This document shows, piece after piece, positions 43,264 to 48,843 of a stretch of 48,843 bases of DNA. The stretch is from assembly GCA_005883085.1 (NCBI GenBank), contig VBAY01000106.1:1-48843 (forward strand). The letters run 5' to 3'. Position 1 is the stretch's first letter; the number at the start of each line of letters is the position of its first letter. This DNA comes from Candidatus Bathyarchaeota archaeon. Lineage in GTDB: Archaea > Thermoproteota > Bathyarchaeia > 40CM-2-53-6. The position numbers and the translations under genes are program-made. Below the pieces are notes generated by a model. That model was not told where the DNA came from and made no database searches. It was given only the letters and a program-made list of their open reading frames with translations.

Positions 43264-43647
43264 CTAGTAAACGTAGCCCAAGAGCAGGCCGCCTGACGCC
43301 ATCTCTTTCGCTTCCTTGTGCGCGACAACGCCCTTCGGCGTTGTTACGATGAGTATTCCGACATCTCTGGAGGGAAGGAACCGCTTACCCCATTTCTCGA
43401 ATTCTGGTACGGTTGAGGAGAATCTGGGCCTTACGCTACCGCAGTTGTTGACCCTGCCTAGGAGTTGGATCTTGAACTTTCCGCCTCGGCCGTCGTCAAC
43501 AAACTCGAACTCGCCTACGTAGCCGTATTTTTGCATCACTCGAAGAACTTGTCCCATGAGCTTCGAGGCGGGATAGACGATGCAGTCGTGTTTGTGCCTC
43601 CGCTCGTTGTTGAGTATGGCTGAGAACATGTTTGAGATTGGTTCCAT
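43264..43647 (-). CDS. rps8: 30S ribosomal protein uS8
   Basis: 127 aa. …ISNMFSAILNNERRHK…VLRVMQKYGYVGEFEFVDDGRGGKF…. Confidence 0.95.
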   Translation of the reverse strand: MEPISNMFSAILNNERRHKHDCIVYPASKLMGQVLRVMQKYGYVGEFEFVDDGRGGKFKIQLLGRVNNCGSVRPRFSSTVPEFEKWGKRFLPSRDVGILIVTTPKGVVAHKEAKEMASGGLLLGYVY

Positions 43648-43654
43648 GGTGTGA

Positions 43655-43819
43655 TCACATGTACTTTTTGAATCCGAGGCCTACGGCGACTTCTCTAAAG
43701 CACTGTCTGCAGAAGTTCAGCCCGTACTTTCTAACTATAGGTCCATACTGGCCGCAACGTTTGCACGGTCTAGCCCCTTTTCCGTATTTTCGCACTTTCC
43801 TCGGTTTTATCTTCGCCAT
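43655..43819 (-). CDS. rps14: 30S ribosomal protein uS14 (zinc-binding type)
   Basis: Not in the ORF track because it is under 60 aa. Translated by hand: [54 protein letters not shown] with CxxC…CxxC. It sits in the expected slot between uL5 and uS8. Confidence 0.9.
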   Translation of the reverse strand: MAKIKPRKVRKYGKGARPCKRCGQYGPIVRKYGLNFCRQCFREVAVGLGFKKYM

Positions 43820-43826
43820 CTGGTTG

Positions 43827-44363
43827 TCAGCTTCCTACCTGTGTTCTGAAGTTTTCCTGGATGAACTGGATAGCATCCTTCTTCGAGACATAGTGATGCT
43901 TCCCGATCTTCGCGGGACGTATAGAGCGACGTCTCAACCGGTATCCAGGCCGTTCGAGAGTAACGTGGACGGTGGCGCCGAAGATGCCTAGCTCTGGAAC
44001 ATACCTGGTACCGGGTATTTCGATATGTTCTTTGATTCCGAAGGAAAAATTACCATAGTCGTCGAAGCAGGATTCGTTTACCTTGTTCGAGACCGCGTCT
44101 AAGGCGCGGGTTAGGAATTGGCTCGCATCTTCGCGCCGAAGGGTAACCACCGTGGCTATCGGTTCGCCTTTGCGGATTCCCCAGTCCTTGATCGCCTTCT
44201 TGGCAAGCTTGGTAGTCGGGGTCTTGTTGGTCAGCTGGTTGAGCACCTTCTTAGCCTTCTCCAAGGGCTCGCCTGATTTCCCAGTTGCAATGTTGATCGT
44301 GACTTTCTCGATCCTTATGTTCAACAACGGATTTGTCTTGGCTACGGTCTCAGTTGTTTGCAA
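43827..44363 (-). CDS. rpl5: 50S ribosomal protein uL5
   Basis: 178 aa. …[15 protein letters not shown]…[19 protein letters not shown]…[14 protein letters not shown]…. Confidence 0.95.
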   Translation of the reverse strand: MQTTETVAKTNPLLNIRIEKVTINIATGKSGEPLEKAKKVLNQLTNKTPTTKLAKKAIKDWGIRKGEPIATVVTLRREDASQFLTRALDAVSNKVNESCFDDYGNFSFGIKEHIEIPGTRYVPELGIFGATVHVTLERPGYRLRRRSIRPAKIGKHHYVSKKDAIQFIQENFRTQVGS

Positions 44364-44368
44364 TGTAA

Positions 44369-45112
44369 TTACTTCTCCAACGTCACCAGCGGCTGGTCAG
44401 TTCCGACAGGTATCACATATTCGGCAGGGGTTTCGAAGCTCTCAGCGCCTGTTTCGATTCTCACTATTTTCCGGCGCGCGTACGTCCCGGGAGTGATGGA
44501 GCTGATTTTTCCATAGTATCCTTGGTTTCTTCCGTCGATGACGAGTCCGAGAGCTCCGACTTGGAAGGGAACGTACTTTACTATTTTTTGTGCTGGGAAG
44601 CTCAGCTGGATTGCGCCTCCGACTGCGAGTTCCTCGCCGCCGGGCCTTGTGTCTTTTGCCGCACTGAGCAAGGTTCTTCCATCGTGGAGACTGTACTGTA
44701 ATTTGCCGCCTGGAACGTTCTGTTTTCCAACTATCTTGCAGATCTTGTAAGCAGCCTCCTTATCCTGTGCGGGAGACAAGACGAGTCCCCTGTTCGGCTT
44801 CGGTAGGGCACGGTAGACTTGTGGGACGCCTTCGATCTGGACGATGTCCATCAGCCCGACGGGGAAGCGGCGATCGCGCCGGACGATGCCATCAACCTTG
44901 ACTTTGCCCGCGCTGATGATCCCGATTGCCTCCTTGGCGACATTTGCGAGCCCCAGAGATTCGCGGACGATTACGACTAGTGGTAGGCTCTTTTCGCGCG
45001 CGTGGGGTCCCGGTCTTGTCCTGGGAGCCCAGGTGTATTCTTTCCGGTGGATGGGCCAGAAGCCTGGCGAAGGCTCTCGTTTCAGCTGTCTCGGGCCGAA
45101 CTTTCTAGCCAT
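44369..45112 (-). CDS. rps4e: 30S ribosomal protein eS4
   Basis: 247 aa. …GPRQLKRE.SPGFWPIHRKEYTWAPRTRPGPH…VKVDGIVRRDRRFPVGLMDIV…. Confidence 0.95.
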   Translation of the reverse strand: MARKFGPRQLKREPSPGFWPIHRKEYTWAPRTRPGPHAREKSLPLVVIVRESLGLANVAKEAIGIISAGKVKVDGIVRRDRRFPVGLMDIVQIEGVPQVYRALPKPNRGLVLSPAQDKEAAYKICKIVGKQNVPGGKLQYSLHDGRTLLSAAKDTRPGGEELAVGGAIQLSFPAQKIVKYVPFQVGALGLVIDGRNQGYYGKISSITPGTYARRKIVRIETGAESFETPAEYVIPVGTDQPLVTLEK

Positions 45113-45115
45113 CTC

Positions 45116-45487
45116 TCATTCCTTCCTGGATTTTCCTCTCTCAGCCAATAAACCGCTCCGCCACTTGTCTGAAAGGTTGAGGTTGGTTATCCGGACCTTC
45201 GTTACGTGTATTGGCAGCTGGGACGAGACCCCGGCGGCTTTCTCTCGCGCCATCCCCTCAACAAAAATTCTGCCATTGGAATAGTCTACGCGCTGGACTT
45301 TCCCCTCGAGCCCTGAGAAGTCTCCTCTCATTACACGTACGCTGTCACCGGTTCGCACCGGAAGCCGTCGGACCTTGTGGTTCTTGGTGAGATCGTCTGA
45401 GAGCCGGGCAGCGAGCATCCGTCGTCGGCGGTGTTGTGGAGCGTTGAAGAACATCTTCCGTTGCTTGGACGGCTTAGAGGAAACCAT
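45116..45487 (-). CDS. rpl24: 50S ribosomal protein uL24
   Basis: 123 aa. …RRLPVRTGDSVRVMRGDFSGLEGKVQRVD… (KOW motif). Confidence 0.95.
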   Translation of the reverse strand: MVSSKPSKQRKMFFNAPQHRRRRMLAARLSDDLTKNHKVRRLPVRTGDSVRVMRGDFSGLEGKVQRVDYSNGRIFVEGMAREKAAGVSSQLPIHVTKVRITNLNLSDKWRSGLLAERGKSRKE

Positions 45488-45488
45488 T

Positions 45489-45926
45489 CTAGATCACCGT
45501 GCTCGCTAGGTTCGCGACTCGGGGCCATCGCTCCGCAGCCTCCTTCGCCACAGGTCCCCGGATCTCAGTGCCTTTGAGCTCTCCCTCAGGGGTCATTATG
45601 ACCGCAGCGTTGTCTTCGAAACTGAGACGTGTTCCATCAGGTCTTCGAATGGCTCTGGCCTGTCGTACGACGACGGCGGGAAAGACTTGTTTCCGAAGGC
45701 TGGGTGAGCCTTTCATGACTGTGATCATTACCATGTCTCCAACGCATGCCGCCGGGACACGTCGTAGTCGGCCGTGGTAGCCGCGGACGTTGATGAGCTT
45801 CAATTCCTTAGCGCCAGTGTTGTCGGCGCATGTCATCCGAGAGCCGACGGGCAGCCCACGTGCGACCTTTGGTCGGTATTCTATCATTCCCCGGGCGCTG
45901 ACCGCTCGGGTCTTTGGCGCGGGCAC
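45489..45926 (-). CDS. rpl14: 50S ribosomal protein uL14
   Basis: 145 aa. …[23 protein letters not shown]…[12 protein letters not shown]…[24 protein letters not shown]…. Confidence 0.95.
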   Translation of the reverse strand: MPAPKTRAVSARGMIEYRPKVARGLPVGSRMTCADNTGAKELKLINVRGYHGRLRRVPAACVGDMVMITVMKGSPSLRKQVFPAVVVRQARAIRRPDGTRLSFEDNAAVIMTPEGELKGTEIRGPVAKEAAERWPRVANLASTVI

Positions 45927-46261
45927 TAGGCTGCGCCTCCTGTCTTCTCAACTACGACGAAGGTGACCTCTTTGCTTAGAGGCCTACATTCTGCAATTGT
46001 AACCTTGTCGCCTTCTGCCGCTGATATGCAGGGTGGGTTGTGGGCGAGGGTCTTGCTTCTCCGCCTCTCGTACCTGCTGTATTTCGTATAGTAGTGTAGG
46101 TATGCGCGTTCTACTGAGACGGTCTTGGGGGATCGCGAGCCAGCTACAGTTCCCTCGAAGACTCTTCCTCTGACCGAGAGGTGTCCGTGGAATGGGCAGA
46201 GGGGATCGTTACATCCTGTCTTCGGTGGTTTTACGTCTAGACCGGTGTTTCGGACTACCAT
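45926..46261 (-). CDS. rps17: 30S ribosomal protein uS17
   Basis: 111 aa. …[23 protein letters not shown]…[25 protein letters not shown]…[14 protein letters not shown]…. Confidence 0.95.
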   Translation of the reverse strand: MVVRNTGLDVKPPKTGCNDPLCPFHGHLSVRGRVFEGTVAGSRSPKTVSVERAYLHYYTKYSRYERRRSKTLAHNPPCISAAEGDKVTIAECRPLSKEVTFVVVEKTGGAA

Positions 46262-46530
46262 TTCCGCAACCCTTTCTTCACTCTATCCTCAGGCCGGAAT
46301 CGCAGGAGAGAGCCATCGACTTCGACATTTTCGGTCGGCAGCTCTGCTCGGAAGGTTGTCTTTTGTTTCTGGACCTGTCGGAGTTTTGCGTTGGCTTCTA
46401 TCGTGAACGTGTTCATGGTCTCGTCTCGGACAATACCTTCCAGTCCTTGGAGAGTAGGGTCGGTGGATTTTGATACTTTGACCTTGAGTCCGATCCACTC
46501 GTGGGCGGTGATATTCTGCGCGGTGATCAT
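46255..46530 (-). CDS. rnp1: RNase P protein component 1 (Rpp29/Pop4)
   Basis: 91 aa. HEWIGLKVKVSKSTDPTLQGLEGIVRDETMNTFTIE…DGSLLRFRPEDRVKK. It occupies the canonical archaeal position between uL29 and uS17. Confidence 0.9.
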   Translation of the reverse strand: MITAQNITAHEWIGLKVKVSKSTDPTLQGLEGIVRDETMNTFTIEANAKLRQVQKQKTTFRAELPTENVEVDGSLLRFRPEDRVKKGLRKW

Positions 46531-46534
46531 GGGC

Positions 46535-46753
46535 CTAAGCCGACTCCGGTGTTGTTTTCGTAGGTGAGTTGTCTACTGTCAACAAGCGGGCAATTGTCTT
46601 GCGGAGCTCCCGTATACGCGCCGGATTCTCCACTGTTCCACCCGACTTTACAGATGTTCGAATGCTAGTCAGTTCCGCTCGCAGTTCTGTTACCTTCTTC
46701 CGTCGCTCCTCAGGAAGCATCTGGTTGAGCTCACGCTTTCTAAGAATCGCCAG
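46535..46753 (-). CDS. rpl29: 50S ribosomal protein uL29 (start uncertain: CTG 46753 with AGGAGG 9 nt upstream, or ATG 46720)
   Basis: The conserved uL29 N-terminus (L)AILRKRELNQMLPEERRKKVTELRAELTSIR… begins at 46753. The only in-frame ATGs are 46720 (which loses the conserved N-terminus) and 46846 (107 nt inside uS3). Confidence 0.85.
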   Translation of the reverse strand: MAILRKRELNQMLPEERRKKVTELRAELTSIRTSVKSGGTVENPARIRELRKTIARLLTVDNSPTKTTPESA

Positions 46754-47510
46754 TTTCCACTTCCTCCTTATCCTCCACGACAACCGCAACATCCCCGGCT
46801 GTGGTCTCAACCTCGACCACGGCCTCAGGCGCGGACACTGGTTCAACTTCCTTCGCTGGTGCGGCCGGTTGGCGGGCGGTCTCTGCAGGCGGGGTTAGCA
46901 TGATCGGCTTGTCAATGTAATCGATCTGCGGTGGTAGAATGCGAACGTTGATCCCGAACAGGCCCTGTTTCAGCTGAACATCAGCCACCGCGGTCTTCAC
47001 GCTCTTTAACACTGGATCTCCAACCCGAGGGAGGTAGCCGGCCTTGAACTTCTCGAATCGTGATCGCTCTGTCGTAAGTTTTCCTCTTATGGTGATTTCG
47101 ACGCCGAGGGCTTGCGACTCCATTACTCTCTGAATTGCCCAGTACGCGGCTCGGCGGAAGTGGACGCCTCGCTGGAGGGCCTGAGAAACCTGGGACGCGA
47201 CAACCTTCGGGTCTTGCTCAGGAACCTCGATGTTAGCAACCGAAAGCTGGGGATTTTCAATATGGAATTTGTCCTCCAAAACCTTCGTTAGATCTCGAAT
47301 GCTCTGGCCCCTTCGGCCAATGACCATTCCAGGTTTGGCGGCGTAGATGACGACTCTTGTGCCTACGGGGCTTTTTGTGAGCTCTACGTGGCTGTATCCT
47401 GCGCGTTTCAGTTCTAGTGCGAGGTGCTCGTCGATTTCGAGGCGTCGAGAAACGTCTTTGACAAAATATTTGGTAACTGACAAAGAATTATTCCAGCTCG
47501 TAGCCGACAA
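46740..47510 (-). CDS. rps3: 30S ribosomal protein uS3 with acidic/Pro-rich C-terminal tail
   Basis: KH domain: …GYSHVELTKSPVGTRVVIYAAKPGMVIGRRG…. The ORF-track TTG 47510 overlaps uL22 by 23 nt. A second in-frame TTG at 47483, 5 nt after the uL22 stop, gives MSVTKYFVKD… and fits the usual N-terminal length better. Confidence 0.93.
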   Translation of the reverse strand: MSATSWNNSLSVTKYFVKDVSRRLEIDEHLALELKRAGYSHVELTKSPVGTRVVIYAAKPGMVIGRRGQSIRDLTKVLEDKFHIENPQLSVANIEVPEQDPKVVASQVSQALQRGVHFRRAAYWAIQRVMESQALGVEITIRGKLTTERSRFEKFKAGYLPRVGDPVLKSVKTAVADVQLKQGLFGINVRILPPQIDYIDKPIMLTPPAETARQPAAPAKEVEPVSAPEAVVEVETTAGDVAVVVEDKEEVETGDS

Positions 47511-47955
47511 GTTCGATATGCGTCATAGTTCCCTGCAAAAGATCGGATCGACCAAAGGCTCTCGGATTCCTCTTCGGAATCTTGGTCCCGCGCTGCGCGG
47601 CGGCATGAATGATCTTGAGCCTTTCCGTGTCGAGATTACGATACTCAGCGTTTGCTTCCAATTCCTCTAGAAGCTTGAAGAGTCTGCCAGCGGCTTTCTG
47701 TGGAAAACGGCCCGCATAGAAATGCTCGTTGAGCTGTCGCCGATGCGGGACTTCCTTGTGAAACCGGCGATAGGCGACCGCCTGTTTGAGTTCGATAACG
47801 CGTTCGAGAAGCCTCTTTGCATCAGGGAGTTTCATTCCCCTGATCGTGCGACATAGTTCCACGGATGCTTTTGGAGATATGCGGAGTTCGCGGCCAGAAC
47901 ACTTTACAGTACGGTCTGGGTCGAGGCCCGTAACTGAGTATCCTCGTTCTGGCAT
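47488..47955 (-). CDS. rpl22: 50S ribosomal protein uL22
   Basis: 155 aa. …RELRISPKASVELCRTIRGMKLPDAKRLLERVIE…VPHRR…GRFPQKAAGRLFKLLEELEANAE…. A GGTGA Shine-Dalgarno-like motif lies 7 nt upstream of ATG 47955. Confidence 0.95.
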   Translation of the reverse strand: MPERGYSVTGLDPDRTVKCSGRELRISPKASVELCRTIRGMKLPDAKRLLERVIELKQAVAYRRFHKEVPHRRQLNEHFYAGRFPQKAAGRLFKLLEELEANAEYRNLDTERLKIIHAAAQRGTKIPKRNPRAFGRSDLLQGTMTHIELVGYELE

Positions 47956-47990
47956 CGCGTTTTCACCGGAAGCTTCGAGGAGCCCCAGTC

Positions 47991-48006
47991 CTTATGCTAA
48001 AAACCC
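47991..48006 (-). promoter_or_regulatory. possible A/T-rich TATA-like element (GGGTTTTTAGCATAAG on minus strand) for the r-protein operon
   Basis: It lies about 40-50 nt upstream of the uL22 ATG. This would leave a short leader carrying the GGTGA SD-like motif. The motif is weak. Confidence 0.25.
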
Positions 48007-48622
48007 TTTGGGGAACCATTCTTTTTCCAGAAAGGCTAGTTGTCAGGTGTGGATAGTGAACGTGCCCATCGCGTCGGGGCATGGCCGACGGGCCGCAGTT
48101 TTTCGATATCCGCCTGATCCAATAGAAGTCAGCATCATAAGCGAGACGTTTAGGATTCTCAAGCTCGATCATGATCCAAACCGATTATGGAAGATAACAG
48201 GTCCCTCGCTGGCTTCGCTCCGCAGAGAGAAACATTGGGAAAAATCGCCCATTGTCAGCCCCAATCTCGATTCTAGAAGGCCTCCCCTTATTTGCATAGC
48301 AAATCGTTCTTGACGCCTCGACAAAACACGATCCGATCCAAGCATGGTCTATGCCCTGAATCGCCTGTCTCGCCCATAATCACCGCCAGATAGCAGATTT
48401 TCTCAAGCAATAGGGGGGGTCTTGCACAGCACACCTCGCGACGCAAGAGTGGTTGAGGGGAACACTCCGGACCAACAAATCGTTCGTGACAATAGAGGTG
48501 TACTGAAATGACTCAAGAATGGCACTGAATCCACGGAAACGACCGGTGGTGTAACCTGTGGATTCGCCACCGGGTTACTGTAGCCTTATGGTAGCTTCTA
48601 GCCGCCCTAGCCTTGGTCCATT

Positions 48623-48843
48623 ATGGAAACTGCGATCGAAAGGGTCCATACTGGGATCCCAGGCCTGGACCACGTTCTCGAAGGCGGCTTCCCCAAAGGC
48701 GCCCGAGTCCTCCTAGCAGGAGGAGCGGGCTGCGGGAAGACAATATGCTGCGGACAATACCTCTACAAAGGAGCCACAAAGTTCGGCGAACCAGGAGTCT
48801 ACGTCAGCACCGAAGAACCACCCTCCGAGTTCAAGGCGAACAT
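48623..48843 (+). CDS. KaiC/RecA-superfamily ATPase, 5' partial (runs off the right edge)
   Basis: Hand translation from ATG 48623: METAIERVHTGIPGLDHVLEGGFPKGARVLLAGGAGCGKTICCGQYLYKGATKFGEPGVYVSTEEPPSEFKAN…. The GIPGLD…GG.P.G motif plus the Walker A motif GxxGxGKT is the KaiC-domain signature. Confidence 0.8.
   Translation, partial: METAIERVHTGIPGLDHVLEGGFPKGARVLLAGGAGCGKTICCGQYLYKGATKFGEPGVYVSTEEPPSEFKAN

Noticed and set aside
46754-46846. ATG 46846 as the uL29 start (103-aa ORF)
   Set aside because: It would overlap uS3 by 107 nt and add a non-conserved R/W/P-rich leader. uL29 homology starts at about 46753.
47963-48172. 69-aa ORF upstream of uL22 as ribosomal protein uS19
   Set aside because: The sequence MIELENPKRLAYDADFYWIRRISKNCGPSAMPRRDG… has none of the uS19 motifs, and its C-terminal half is R/P/S-rich. 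I also translated the other two minus frames of 47956-48300 and found no uS19 or uL2 remnant.
689-48313. Numerous 60-175-aa ORFs antisense to or overlapping the called genes (for example 689-1039, 5991-6488, 16293-16700, 17007-17519, 23980-24613, 40257-40754, 44083-44496, 47786-48313)
   Set aside because: Each lies within a longer ORF that has clear family motifs or membrane-protein character. They themselves have R/S/P/C-rich, low-complexity translations typical of off-frame reading.
48543-48578. Two mutually exclusive short hairpins upstream of the KaiC-like gene (CCGGTGG 48543-49 / CCACCGG 48567-73 versus GTAACC 48551-56 / GGTTAC 48573-78), reminiscent of a switch
   Set aside because: Stems of 6-7 bp are expected by chance in several hundred nt of intergenic DNA, and no terminator or SD sequestration is evident. 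A conservation check would be needed before it means anything.
1-48843. C/D-box sRNAs (RUGAUGA … CUGA at about 12-nt guide spacing) and other small RNAs
   Set aside because: All TGATGA occurrences I checked (for example near 1046, 3318, 13173, 30955, 36776) lie inside coding regions and lack correctly spaced CUGA boxes. This was a by-eye scan only, so absence is not proven.

Overview
Archaeal chromosomal segment. The evidence is an r-protein operon containing eS4, eL32, eL19 and RNase P subunit Rpp29, TATA-like boxes about 25-35 nt upstream of starts, and several ATGA/GTGA translational couplings. There are four blocks. (1) 1-16.1 kb is a mixed cell-envelope neighbourhood. It holds a frameshifted GYD gene, UDP-glucose 6-dehydrogenase, several zinc-ribbon or two-TM membrane proteins, DedA, two small RHH regulators, and a very large secreted phosphoesterase + 6xPKD + Ig-like surface protein that is split into two ORFs by a 1-nt frame break. 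(2) 16.2-39.5 kb is a glycan/exopolysaccharide island. It holds two GT-C-like polytopic proteins, three SDR epimerases plus one remnant, WecB, a SAM methyltransferase, 2x GT4, 3x GT2 and an rmlA/D/B/C set. The rml set is bracketed by two direct-orientation paralogues of a processive multi-TM GT2 synthase, and one of these is broken into three frames. (3) 39.6-48.0 kb holds hsp20 and a uL22 to uL30 ribosomal protein operon, including an unannotated 54-aa uS14 and an apparent eL32-eL19 single-ORF fusion. (4) The right edge holds the 5' end of a KaiC/RecA-like ATPase. No tRNA, rRNA, CRISPR array or recognisable transposase/integrase was found by eye. Frame disruptions and missing canonical starts recur through the window, several of them at mononucleotide runs. 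Assembly indel error must therefore be excluded before any pseudogene, fusion or recoding claim is believed. The candidates most worth a second look are the duplicated synthase + rml module, a three-member family of two-TM proteins with a conserved EY-x2-N-x-Y-x-Q-x-Y motif, an orphan coupled gene pair inside the glycosyltransferase run, and the eL32-eL19 fusion.
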